From Labilithrix sp. (lineage in GTDB: Bacteria > Myxococcota_A > Polyangia > Polyangiales > Polyangiaceae), in the NCBI GenBank assembly GCA_046351255.1, contig JAXLYU010000009.1, positions 293,975 through 357,974 on the forward strand: a DNA stretch of 64,000 bases. The letters run 5' to 3'. The notes under the pieces are model-generated. The model ran no database searches. It worked only from the letters and a program-made list of their open reading frames with translations, and was not told where the DNA came from. Positions 38,379 to 47,611 of the stretch are shown here, piece after piece. A program made the translations under genes and the position numbers. Every line of letters starts with the position of its first letter. Position 1 is the first letter of the stretch.

Positions 38379-40616
38379 TCAGGCGCGATCGGCGGCGCGC
38401 ATCTCGGCGAGCGCGGTCAGGAAGGAGAGCGTCGACTCGGCGCCCTGGTTCTCGTTGAGGCGATCCGCGTGGATCCCGTCGCGGCAGCCGCCGGTCCGGG
38501 CGTCGTAGACCTGCGCGTCGCGGGAGTTGTGACCGAGGAACCAGTGAAACGCGAGCCGCGCATGCTCGAGGAAGCGCGGCTCACCGGTGATGCGCTGGGC
38601 GTCGAGGCACGCCGAGACCATGCCGCACGCCTCGACCGGCTGCTGATCGTAGGTCGCGCGCTGCTCGCCGCGCACGTGAAAGCCATTCGAGCCGATCGGA
38701 GAGAACGCCCCATCCGGCCCGATGTGCTGCTGGATGAGCCAGCTCAGCGAGGTGCGCGCGACCTCGGTCATCTCGGCGTCGCCCATGCGGGCGGCGGAGA
38801 CGAAGAGCGCCTGCGGGAGCCGCGCGTTGGAATAGGTGAGGCGGTCCTCGAACCACGGCCAGTCCTGGCTCTGGGCCGACCGGAAGCACGACATGAGCTT
38901 CGCCGTCAGCTCGGCGCGGATCGCGGCGACGCTGCTGTCGCCCTCGAACGCCCTGAGGTACTCGTCGATCCCGAGCAGCGTGTACGCCCACGCCCGCGGG
39001 CTCGTGAGCCTGGTCGCGGCCGGCAGCGACCGCTGGAAGATGCGGGTGCCGAGGCCGCGGCGGCCGGAGTCCGAGGAGCATCCGATCACGGCGCCGAGCG
39101 CCCAGATCGCGCGCCCGTGACTGTCGTCCGAGCCCGGCTCCTCGTGCCAGTGCCTCGCGTAGGTGAGGAAGTTGTGGAATCGCCCCGTCGACTCGTCGAA
39201 CGCGTGGTTCACGAACGCCAGATATCGAGTCGCCAGCGCGCGCACGACGGCGGGGCTCTCCGCGCCCACCTCTTCGAGGCGCGTCATCAGCAGGAGCGCC
39301 CGCGCGTTGTCGTCGAGGCAATAGCCGTCGCTGTAGCGCGGAATGTCGAAGGTGGCGTGCTGGAGGATGCCGGTGTCGTCCGTCATCAAGCGGACGTGCG
39401 CGAGGTCGATCTCGGGAAGCTCCGGCCGGCGCCTGGTCACGGACCGCGCGGCGGCGCCCGCGCGTCCTCGCTGAGTGTGCGTCGTACGCGCCTGCTCGAA
39501 CGCCTCGAGGTAGCGGCGAGCGACGCTCGGCCAGCTCATCGTCCGGCCGAAGGCGGCCGCGCGCTGCTGATAGAGCGCGCACTGGCTCGGCTCGTCGAGG
39601 AGACCGACCACCGCGCGACCGACGGCGGCGGAGTCCCGGGCCGGAACGAGGATGCCCCGGCCGTCTCCGAGGAGCTCGCGCGCATACCGGTAGGGCGTCG
39701 AGATGACGGCCTTCCCGCAGCCGACCGCGTAGGCGAGCGTGCCGGACGTGCTCTGCTCCTCCTTGAGATACGGAGTCACGTAGAGGTCGGCCGCGCCGAG
39801 GAACTCGACGAGCTCCTCGTGGCTGACGAAGCGATTGTGGAAGACGACGTTCGCCTCCACGCCGAGGCGCTGGGCGCGGATCTGCAGCATGTGCCGGTAA
39901 GCCTCGCCGTGTTGCTGCTTCACGTGAGGGTGCGTCGCGCCGAGCACGATGTAGACGGTGCTGGGGTGCTTCGCGAGGATCGCCGGCATCGCGTCGATCA
40001 CGTACTCGATGCCCTTGTCGGGCGAGAGGAGGCCGAACGTGAGGATGATCGAGTGCCCCTCGACACCGAGCTTGCTCTTGCTCTTGCGCTCGGGCGCGGC
40101 GGGGATGCCGTGGGGAATGACGTCGATCTTCGATGGATCGACGTCGTGCACCTGCTCGAGGAGGGTCGCGCCGTCGCGGCTCATGACGACGAGCCGCTCG
40201 GAGACGTGGACGATCCCGTTCATCACCTCGCGCTGCACCGGATCGGGCTTCGCGAGGACGGTGTGGAGCGTCGTGACGATGGGCATGCGCAGATCACGCA
40301 GCAGCTCGAGGACGTGCGCGCCCGCCTTCGGCCCGAAGATCCCGTACTCGTGCTGCACCGACACGACGTCGACGTCCCGCACGTTCAAGAAATCGGCGGC
40401 GCGGCGGTACGCGATCGGGTCGGCCTCGGGGACCTCGAACTGGACGCGCGGCGGATAGGCGTGGTGGACGCCGGGATCGTTCATCGCGACCACGAAGCCA
40501 TCGAGGTCGGGAATCTCGCGCTCGATGGCGTCCGCCAGATCGGTCGTGAACGTTGCGATCCCGCAATGCCTCGGGAGGTGATTGCCGAGCATCGCGATCG
40601 TTCGAATTTGCACCAT
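38379..40616 (-). CDS. GT4 glycosyltransferase fused to a C-terminal roughly 380-aa domain of unknown function (possibly alpha/alpha-toroid, GH-like)
   Basis: The N-terminal half has the GT-B/GT4 layout (..VSVQHEYGIFG.., ..ILTFGLLSPDKGIEYVIDA.., ..LYVTPYLKEEQSTSGTLAYAVGCGKAVISTP..). The C-terminal half (..YCLDDNARALL..WHEEPGSDDSHGRAIWALG..) has no motif I can name. Confidence 0.75.
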   Translation of the reverse strand: MVQIRTIAMLGNHLPRHCGIATFTTDLADAIEREIPDLDGFVVAMNDPGVHHAYPPRVQFEVPEADPIAYRRAADFLNVRDVDVVSVQHEYGIFGPKAGAHVLELLRDLRMPIVTTLHTVLAKPDPVQREVMNGIVHVSERLVVMSRDGATLLEQVHDVDPSKIDVIPHGIPAAPERKSKSKLGVEGHSIILTFGLLSPDKGIEYVIDAMPAILAKHPSTVYIVLGATHPHVKQQHGEAYRHMLQIRAQRLGVEANVVFHNRFVSHEELVEFLGAADLYVTPYLKEEQSTSGTLAYAVGCGKAVISTPYRYARELLGDGRGILVPARDSAAVGRAVVGLLDEPSQCALYQQRAAAFGRTMSWPSVARRYLEAFEQARTTHTQRGRAGAAARSVTRRRPELPEIDLAHVRLMTDDTGILQHATFDIPRYSDGYCLDDNARALLLMTRLEEVGAESPAVVRALATRYLAFVNHAFDESTGRFHNFLTYARHWHEEPGSDDSHGRAIWALGAVIGCSSDSGRRGLGTRIFQRSLPAATRLTSPRAWAYTLLGIDEYLRAFEGDSSVAAIRAELTAKLMSCFRSAQSQDWPWFEDRLTYSNARLPQALFVSAARMGDAEMTEVARTSLSWLIQQHIGPDGAFSPIGSNGFHVRGEQRATYDQQPVEACGMVSACLDAQRITGEPRFLEHARLAFHWFLGHNSRDAQVYDARTGGCRDGIHADRLNENQGAESTLSFLTALAEMRAADRA

Positions 40617-40640
40617 CGCCGCCCACGATGCGGCCGGGGG

Positions 40641-41669
40641 CTAGCCGACGCAAGCAGCGCGGCTACGAATGACGTTTTCGTAAATTGCGACATACGAGTC
40701 GGCCATTCGATCGACGGTAAAACGCGCGGCGACCGCCGCGCGACACGCGGCGCGGTCGATCTCGGCGAGCCTCGCGATCGCAGCGACCGCCTCATCGACG
40801 CTGTCGACGAGAAAGCCCGTGACGCCATCGTCGATGAGCTCGCGCATCGAGCCGCGATCGCGAGCAATGACCGGTGTCCCGCATGCCAGCGCCTCCACCA
40901 CGGAGAGGCCGAAGGGCTCGTCGAAGTCGATGAGGTGAAGGAGCGCGTGCGAGCCGCCGAGGAGGCGCGTGCGCTCCGTCCCGCCGACCGGGCCGTCGTA
41001 GACGACGCGGTCGCCGTCCACGAAGGGCGCGACCTTGCGCTCGTAGTAGCCCTGGTCTTGCACGATGCCCGCCATCACGAGGCGGCGGCCGGCGCGGCGA
41101 GCGACCTCGATCGCCTCCGCCGCGCCCTTGTCGGGATGGATGCGGCCAAAGAACAGCAGGTCGTCGCTGCCGAGCGGGTCGAACGGGAAATCGTCGAGCG
41201 GGATGCCGTGATGAATGGTCGCCGCGTAGCGAAGGTCGGCGTGCCGGTCCGACTCGCTGATGGCGACGTAGTCGACGCGATCCTGATAGCGCTGGTAGAC
41301 CGGAACGATGCGCTCGGACGAGAAGCCGTGGATCGTGGTCACGATCGGCGTGTCGACGAAGCGCGAGAACGCGAGCGGCACGAAGTCCGCCTGGTTGTGA
41401 ACGAGATCGAACTCGCGTGCACGCTCGAAGACGTGCGCGATGTGGAGGAGCTCCCAGACCTTGGCGTCGATCGTGGGATCCTCGGAGTACGGACGCGGGC
41501 ACACCCCCGCCAGCGCACCGGAGGTGATCGAGTCGAGCGTCGCGAACAGCGTCACGTCGACCCCGCGCGCGACGAGCGCCTCGGTGAGGAGGCTCGTGAC
41601 GAGCTCCCAGGGGCCATAGTGGCGTGGCGGAGTACGCCAGGAGATGGGCGCGAGCATGGCGACGCGCAT
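40641..41669 (-). CDS. GT4-family glycosyltransferase
   Basis: ..LLFFGRIHPDKGAAEAIEVA.. and ..EPFGLSVVEALACGTPVIA.. (E-x7-E GT4 motif region). The ATG is 1 nt downstream of the GH13 stop (ATG-N-TGA arrangement). Confidence 0.75.
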   Translation of the reverse strand: MRVAMLAPISWRTPPRHYGPWELVTSLLTEALVARGVDVTLFATLDSITSGALAGVCPRPYSEDPTIDAKVWELLHIAHVFERAREFDLVHNQADFVPLAFSRFVDTPIVTTIHGFSSERIVPVYQRYQDRVDYVAISESDRHADLRYAATIHHGIPLDDFPFDPLGSDDLLFFGRIHPDKGAAEAIEVARRAGRRLVMAGIVQDQGYYERKVAPFVDGDRVVYDGPVGGTERTRLLGGSHALLHLIDFDEPFGLSVVEALACGTPVIARDRGSMRELIDDGVTGFLVDSVDEAVAAIARLAEIDRAACRAAVAARFTVDRMADSYVAIYENVIRSRAACVG

Positions 41670-41670
41670 G

Positions 41671-43248
41671 TCAGGCGAGGACCACGCCCTCGTTGGGCGC
41701 GAGGAGGAGGCGCTCGCCGGCGAGCGTCTCGCCCGGCGTGATCGTGGAGACGAGCTGCCACTCGACCCAGTCCGGGAGCACCGCCTCACGTGACTTCGCG
41801 CTCAGGTTCAGCGCCACCAGCACACGCTCGTCGCCGTGCGTGCGCTCGTACATGAGGACGTCGGCGCTCTTCGCGTCGAGCATGCGAATCGCGCCGACGG
41901 CGAGCGCAGGGTGCTGGCGGCGGAGCGCAAGGAGCCGGCGATGCAGCTCGAGGATCGAGCCGCGCTCCGCGTCGAGCCGCGTGACGTTGCGCTCGCCGTG
42001 GTCGGCATGGAGCGGGAGCCAGGGCTCGCCCGTGGTGAAGCCGGCCTTTGCGGTGGGATCCCAGGGCATCGGCGTGCGGACCGGATCGCGCCCGAGGCCG
42101 AGCCCGGGCTCGCGCAGCTCGCGGGGATCCTGCGCCCGCTCCGCGGAGATCTCGACAGACGGGAGACCGAGCTCGTCGCCGTAATAGATCGTCGGCGTCC
42201 CGCGCAGCGTGAGGAGGAGCATCGCGGCCACGCGGGCCTGCGCCTCGCCGACGCGAGAGGCGATGCGTGGGCGGTCGTGATTTCCGAGGACCCAGTTCGG
42301 CCAGCCGCCCTTCGGAAGCGCGGCCTCGTACGCCTGGATCATGGCGCGGAGCGAGGGGGCGTCCCAGCGCGCCTCGACGAGCTGGAAATTGAACGGCAGA
42401 TGAACGCCGCTGCCGTCGGCGCCGTAATAGGCCATGAGCCGCTCCACCGGCAGGTAGATCTCCCCGATGAGGACGCGATCTCCATAACCGTCCGCAATGC
42501 GCCGCATCTCGGCGGCGATGGCGTGCACCTCGGGCTGGTCCGTCGAGTGGAGCTGCAAGACGCGGTGCATCTCTCCCATCTCCGGCCGGTAATCGGGATT
42601 CGGCGGGTTGTCCGGGAGGCCGGCCGCCTTCACGAGGTGCCAGAGGACGTCGATTCGGAAGCCGTCCACGCCGCGCTCGAACCAGAACCGAAGGACGTCG
42701 TACATCGCGCTCTGCACGGCCGGATTTCGCCAGTCGAGGTCCGGCTGCTCCTTCAGAAACGTATGCAGGTAATACTGGCCGGTCGCCTCGTCCCATTCCC
42801 ACGCCGAGCCCCCGAAATCGCTGACCCAGTTGTTGGGCGGTCCGCCGCCGGGGGCCGCGTCGCGCCAGATGTACCAGTCACGCTTGGGGCTCGTGCGCGC
42901 GCGCTTGCTCTCGAGGAACCATGGGTGCCGATCCGAGGTGTGGTTGGGGACGAAATCGAGAATGACGCGGACGTTCCGAGCATGGGCCGCGGCGAGGAGA
43001 TCGTCGAAGTCGGCGAGGGTTCCGAAGCGCGGGTCGATATCGCAGTAGTCCGCGACGTCATATCCGAAGTCGGCCATCGGGGAGGGGAAGATGGGCGATA
43101 GCCAGATCGCGTCCACGCCGAGGTCGGCGAGGTAGTCGAGCCGGGCGATGATGCCGCGCAGATCTCCGACGCCGTCGCCGTTGCTGTCCTGAAAGGAGCG
43201 CGGATAGACCTGATAGACGACGCCTCGCTGCCACCATGTCGCGTTCAT
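41671..43248 (-). CDS. GH13-family alpha-glucosidase / oligo-1,6-glucosidase-like enzyme
   Basis: N-terminus WWQRGVVYQVYPRSFQDSNGDGVGDLRGI..LGVDAIWLSPIF. DGFRIDVLWH (nucleophile region), GEIY (acid/base) and NHD are present. The start overlaps the upstream stop (ATGA). Confidence 0.85.
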   Translation of the reverse strand: MNATWWQRGVVYQVYPRSFQDSNGDGVGDLRGIIARLDYLADLGVDAIWLSPIFPSPMADFGYDVADYCDIDPRFGTLADFDDLLAAAHARNVRVILDFVPNHTSDRHPWFLESKRARTSPKRDWYIWRDAAPGGGPPNNWVSDFGGSAWEWDEATGQYYLHTFLKEQPDLDWRNPAVQSAMYDVLRFWFERGVDGFRIDVLWHLVKAAGLPDNPPNPDYRPEMGEMHRVLQLHSTDQPEVHAIAAEMRRIADGYGDRVLIGEIYLPVERLMAYYGADGSGVHLPFNFQLVEARWDAPSLRAMIQAYEAALPKGGWPNWVLGNHDRPRIASRVGEAQARVAAMLLLTLRGTPTIYYGDELGLPSVEISAERAQDPRELREPGLGLGRDPVRTPMPWDPTAKAGFTTGEPWLPLHADHGERNVTRLDAERGSILELHRRLLALRRQHPALAVGAIRMLDAKSADVLMYERTHGDERVLVALNLSAKSREAVLPDWVEWQLVSTITPGETLAGERLLLAPNEGVVLA

Positions 43249-44345
43249 GCGAAGCGCTCCTTCGTGACATGAGTGATGCGGCAAGCGAGATCGGCCTCGC
43301 CCGACGCGACGACGTAGTGGTCCCCGCCGTCGGCGATGCCGGTGGTGAAGACGACGGGGGTGGGCAGGTACATCTGGTGCGCGATGGATCGCGTGAGCTC
43401 GGGGTTCGCCTCGAGGAGCGGCGTCTCGTCCTCGAGACGGAGGATCCGGCTCGGATCGTCGAGGTCGAGGAGGGCCCAGAAGCTCCGGTAAACGCCCACC
43501 GCCTCGCGGGGCTCGACGCCGTGATAGATCGCGAGCCAGCCGCCGGACGTGCGGATGGGCGGGGCGCCGCCGCCGACCTTCATGCTCGACGTCGACCCCT
43601 TCCGCGCCCGGATGCCCGGCCGGTCGAACGGCTTCCAGTGGAGCGCGTCGGGCGATTCCGCGAGGTGAATCGACGGCCCGCCGGCGTACGGGCTGTCTTC
43701 CGGGTACGCGAAATACACCTCGCCGAGGGGCCGCGTGAGGGCGACGAAGCGGTCGCCGACCTTGCCCTCGAAGAGGATCACGTCCTTGTTCTGATGGTCG
43801 AGGATGACGCCTTCGAGCATGTATCGGAGCCCGTCGCTCGAGACGTGCAGGGTGGTGCAGTGACGCTCGGCGCTGACGGAGCACGTCGTCATGTACCATC
43901 GGTCCCCGACCTTGCTGACGCGGGCGTCCTCGACGCCGTACTCCTGATACGAGGCGGCGGGCTCGATCGCGTGCTCGTAGTGGACGGCGACGACCCCGGC
44001 GCCATCGGAGGAGAGCTCGACGGGGAGCAGCCACGAGAGTGACGTGAGCCCGAGGAGGCGATGGGGACCGCCGCGAAGCGAGAACTGGCGCGGATCCTTC
44101 ATGTTCACGGCGTCGAGCGGATATCGATCCAGCACGTAGCCCGCGGGCGTCCAGCGGATGGCGCGCACGTGTCCGTCGGCGACGGGGTCGCCGAGCGCCT
44201 CCGCGACGCGCACGATGAGGAGCAAATTGCCATTCGGCAGTCGCGTGAGGCCGGGATTGAACGCGCCGAGCACGTGGGTCGGTACGTCGAGCGAGCGGCG
44301 GAGCGGCGACCGGCGGAGGTCGACGTCGTGGGGCCGAAAGACGAG
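43245..44345 (-). CDS. GH130-like beta-propeller glycoside phosphorylase/hydrolase (paralog 2; start codon uncertain)
   Basis: N-proximal VLGAFNPGLTRLPNGNLLLIVR and C-terminal GGAPPIRTSGGWLAIYHGV..YRSFWALLDLDDPSRIL match the characteristic GH130 segments. There is no in-frame ATG or GTG immediately after the upstream stop at 44366, so the true start is unresolved. Confidence 0.55.
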   Translation of the reverse strand, partial: LVFRPHDVDLRRSPLRRSLDVPTHVLGAFNPGLTRLPNGNLLLIVRVAEALGDPVADGHVRAIRWTPAGYVLDRYPLDAVNMKDPRQFSLRGGPHRLLGLTSLSWLLPVELSSDGAGVVAVHYEHAIEPAASYQEYGVEDARVSKVGDRWYMTTCSVSAERHCTTLHVSSDGLRYMLEGVILDHQNKDVILFEGKVGDRFVALTRPLGEVYFAYPEDSPYAGGPSIHLAESPDALHWKPFDRPGIRARKGSTSSMKVGGGAPPIRTSGGWLAIYHGVEPREAVGVYRSFWALLDLDDPSRILRLEDETPLLEANPELTRSIAHQMYLPTPVVFTTGIADGGDHYVVASGEADLACRITHVTKERFA

Positions 44346-44365
44346 ACGGTCGGCGCTATGCCGCT

Positions 44366-45808
44366 TCAATGGGGGAAGCGCGCCAGCAGGTCGGGTAGCG
44401 AGATCGTGGCAATGCTCGTCATGCTGTCGGACACGGCGTAGGGGAGGATCAGGTGGTCGCGGTGGCGCAGCGCCCCGCACGAGTACACGACGTTCGGGAC
44501 GTAGCCGTCGCGCTCGTGCGCGTTGGGCACGAGCAGCGGCTCGCTCAGTGAGCCGAGCACCTTCCAGGGATCCTCGAGGTCGAGGAGGAGCGCGCCGATC
44601 CAGTACTGCCGCATGGGACCCACGCCGTGCGTGAGGAGCAGCCAACCGACGTCGGTCTCGATCGGCGAGCCGCAGTTACCCACCTGGACGAACTCCCAGG
44701 GATATCGTGGCTCGTAGATGACCTTCGATTCGTTCCAGAAGTGGATGTTGTCCGACGAGAGGAGCTGGATGTTCTCGCCGTCGATGCGCGCCGCCATCAG
44801 GAACTTGCCGCCGACTCTTCGCGGGAAGAGGGCCATGCCTTTGTTCTGGACGCAGGTGCCGTTGAGGGTGTTCACCTTGAAGTAGCGAAAGTCGCTCGTC
44901 TCGATGAGCTGCGGCAATATCCGAAGTCCGTTGTAGGCGGTGTAGGTCGCGTAATACGAAATACGACCGTCGGGATGGGTGAACCGGACGAACCGCGCGT
45001 CCTCGATGCCGCGGCTCTCGTTCTCGCTCACCGGAAAGATCACGCGCTCGGAGAGCTCGGCGTCCGGCGAGAAGTCGAGCTCGTAGTTCGAGTGCGCGAG
45101 CCAGAGCATGCTGTCCGTCAGCTCCTGGTACTGCGTGCGCCCGTGCGCCGGCCAGCAGCGTCCGATGGCGTAGGTCAGGTCGCTGATCGTGAACCGGGTA
45201 TCGAGGATGGCGAGGATGGGCTCGGCGAGCGGCGTGTGCGCCTTCATCTCGCGGAGCTTCCTGACGTAGCTCTCCTTGTCGTAGAGCGCGTCATCCTCGG
45301 GACGAGCGGTGAGCGCGAAGCGCGTCGGCGGATCGATCGTGACCGCGTGCAGCGCGTCCACGATCCCCGATCGAAACTCGATCGACGAGATGTGTCCTTC
45401 GCCGCACGCGCGCAGGCTCATCACGAACCGCAGCGCGCCGGGGGCCACGCCGTTCTGATCCGGGTGCGCGACCATCGACGGGTTGAAGAGCGCGACCGAC
45501 TCGAGCGAGTACTCGTTCGTGAAGTAGGCCCCGAGCAGGAGACGACGCTCCGCGTTCGGCTCGCGCGCCTCCCCGAGCAGGCCGATCGCCGTCGCGTAGT
45601 TCTGCCGGAAGATCCCGCGCACGTCCTTGTGGCGCTGCCGGTAGTCCTCGAAGAGCGCGGCGACCATCGTCCCCACCTCGGCGTCCGAGAGCGCGGCGAC
45701 GCGCTCGATGACCTTCCGGATGCGCTGGGTACCCCCGGGAATGAACGATCGGGCGATCACCCGGCGGGGATCGGCGGCCAGGCGCAGCGGCAGGCGAGTG
45801 ACGTCCAT
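44366..45808 (-). CDS. GH130-like beta-propeller glycoside phosphorylase/hydrolase (paralog 1, 480 aa with an extra N-terminal roughly 100 aa)
   Basis: ESVALFNPSMV and C-terminal DVGWLLLTHGVGPMRQYWIGALLLDLEDPWKVL parallel the paralog-2 motifs. Confidence 0.55.
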   Translation of the reverse strand: MDVTRLPLRLAADPRRVIARSFIPGGTQRIRKVIERVAALSDAEVGTMVAALFEDYRQRHKDVRGIFRQNYATAIGLLGEAREPNAERRLLLGAYFTNEYSLESVALFNPSMVAHPDQNGVAPGALRFVMSLRACGEGHISSIEFRSGIVDALHAVTIDPPTRFALTARPEDDALYDKESYVRKLREMKAHTPLAEPILAILDTRFTISDLTYAIGRCWPAHGRTQYQELTDSMLWLAHSNYELDFSPDAELSERVIFPVSENESRGIEDARFVRFTHPDGRISYYATYTAYNGLRILPQLIETSDFRYFKVNTLNGTCVQNKGMALFPRRVGGKFLMAARIDGENIQLLSSDNIHFWNESKVIYEPRYPWEFVQVGNCGSPIETDVGWLLLTHGVGPMRQYWIGALLLDLEDPWKVLGSLSEPLLVPNAHERDGYVPNVVYSCGALRHRDHLILPYAVSDSMTSIATISLPDLLARFPH

Positions 45809-45905
45809 TCAGCTCGCTTATAGCCCGGCAGGCAAAACGGGGTCGCCCGGGTTGCGTGTGACCCGGCGCCGCCCCTTCGATGTCGTCGACGACGCGACGC
45901 CACGG

Positions 45906-47597
45906 TCATCGCGCGGCGGCGTGCTTGCGCGACTTCGACGCCTTCTTTTTCGGCTTCGGGCGCGAGGGCGGCGGCGCGGGGGCCGGCTCCTCGGGCGCGC
46001 TCTCCATCGTGACCGCGGGCTGCGTCTCCGTCGCGGCGGTCGCGATCGCGGTCGCGGGTGGCGCCGGCCGCTTCGCTTCCTCGTTCTCGATCGGGGGCGG
46101 CGCCGGCTTCTCGTCCGGGCGCGCGAGGTCCTCGTAGGCCGGATCGCCATAGACCTGCTTGCGGCGGCGAAAGAGGGCCTCGAAGTTCACCTCCACGCTG
46201 ACGGAGAAGACGTGGGTGAAGGCCCGGTACTCGCCATTGTTGATGACGGGGAGGTCCTTGCCGCTCGCGTCCTTGGAGTCACCGCGGATGTTGTTCTTGA
46301 GGAGGACAGCGCCGTTGGTCACGGTGCGCGGCTCCGAGAAGACGGCGGCGTAGGCGAGGTTCGCCGCGAAGGCGCCGTGGGAGATGCCGATGCCGGCGGT
46401 GGCGGCGTACTTCGCCATCGTGTTCGTCCCGAGGCGCGTATACGGGTCGTCGGTGGCAGCGCTATCGAAGAACCCACCTGCGCGGAGGGTGAGCGTGGGC
46501 CGCTCGCCATCACCGAGCGGGATGTTGTACGCGCCGCCGGCGCGAAGGCTGAAGGTGTCCTTCCAGTGCGGGTCGTCGGCGATCTTCACCTTGCGACCGG
46601 CGGCCTCGGTCTCGACCTCGGGCCCGCTCGTCGAGCTCCACGCCTCGTAGGTCGCATCGAGCTCGACGTCCCACGCCTCGCGCTTGCCGGTGCCCTGGTC
46701 GAGCGGCACCATCGAGACGTAACGGATGCCGCTGCGGAACACGAGCGGGAGCTTGAGCGTGAGCTTCGCAGGGCTCGGTGCTTGCTCCTTCGTGCCCAGC
46801 TTCACCTGCGTCGTGCCCTCTGCCTTGATCGTGAATGGCGAGCGGAGCTGGGCGCCGATCTGGATCGACTCGGTCGGGCGCGCCATCACGCCGACGCTGC
46901 CGCCCGCCCCGCCGCCCTTCGCCTTGAAGTGACCTTCGATATCGCACCGCCGATCTTCGGCATACTGGCAGCCGGTATCCGCATATGCGTTTTGCATCTG
47001 ATCGAAGTCCGCGACCGCGAGCGACGCGCCCAGGCCGATATCGATGTGCTCCGTGACGCGCACCGCGGCCGCGGCGGTGGGAAAGAGGACCACGGAGCTG
47101 CCCGCGCTCCAGTCGTAACGAGCCGGCGACGGCGCGCCGTTGACGCCGAGCTGGAAGGTGCGTCCGGCCGCGGCGGGCCCGAAGACGCCGACGCCGAACG
47201 TCACGCGATCGAGGCCGAGGTCGGTCGTCGCGAGGAGCATCGGGAGCATGAACGACGGCTGCTTGTTCTCGACGAGGGGATAAGGTTTTCCCGCCCAAGG
47301 CGTCGCGGGATCGGCGGGGTCGCCGGCGTAGCTGCCGTCGCGCTGGAACGTCATCGACGAGAACTGGAAGTTGGCGCTCAGCTGGAGCTTCGTTCCGCGC
47401 TGCCGCGCGAGCCCGGCCACGTTGTAGTAGAGGGCCGTCGCGTCATCGGCTTTCGCGGTGAAGGTCGCGCCGCGGCCGAGCGCCTGCGCGCCCTGATCGG
47501 GGAGCTCGTCGATGCCGCCTGCGCGCGCGGGCGGCGCAAAGGCCAGCGTGGTCGCGAGCGCGGCCACGAGCGCGGCCACGAACGTGGAGAGCTTCAT
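45906..47597 (-). CDS. FadL/OmpP1-like outer-membrane beta-barrel protein with an unusual Pro/Lys-rich C-terminal extension
   Basis: Signal peptide MKLSTFVAALVAALATTLAFAPPARA. Alternating amphipathic beta-strand pattern through ..HVFSVSVEVNFEALF (barrel-terminal aromatic). Then about 90 aa: ..KPAPPPIENEEAKRPAPP..PSRPKPKKKASKSRKHAAAR. Confidence 0.55.
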   Translation of the reverse strand: MKLSTFVAALVAALATTLAFAPPARAGGIDELPDQGAQALGRGATFTAKADDATALYYNVAGLARQRGTKLQLSANFQFSSMTFQRDGSYAGDPADPATPWAGKPYPLVENKQPSFMLPMLLATTDLGLDRVTFGVGVFGPAAAGRTFQLGVNGAPSPARYDWSAGSSVVLFPTAAAAVRVTEHIDIGLGASLAVADFDQMQNAYADTGCQYAEDRRCDIEGHFKAKGGGAGGSVGVMARPTESIQIGAQLRSPFTIKAEGTTQVKLGTKEQAPSPAKLTLKLPLVFRSGIRYVSMVPLDQGTGKREAWDVELDATYEAWSSTSGPEVETEAAGRKVKIADDPHWKDTFSLRAGGAYNIPLGDGERPTLTLRAGGFFDSAATDDPYTRLGTNTMAKYAATAGIGISHGAFAANLAYAAVFSEPRTVTNGAVLLKNNIRGDSKDASGKDLPVINNGEYRAFTHVFSVSVEVNFEALFRRRKQVYGDPAYEDLARPDEKPAPPPIENEEAKRPAPPATAIATAATETQPAVTMESAPEEPAPAPPPSRPKPKKKASKSRKHAAAR

Positions 47598-47611
47598 GGT
47601 CGGGCCTGGTC

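Noticed and set aside
40641-41789. N-terminal 40-aa extension (MRRCSRTGSS...) of the GT4 ORF
   Set aside because: The extension is Ser/Arg-rich and overlaps the GH13 gene 3' end. The Met at 41669 gives a coupled start and a conserved GT4 N-terminus (MRVAMLAPIS...).
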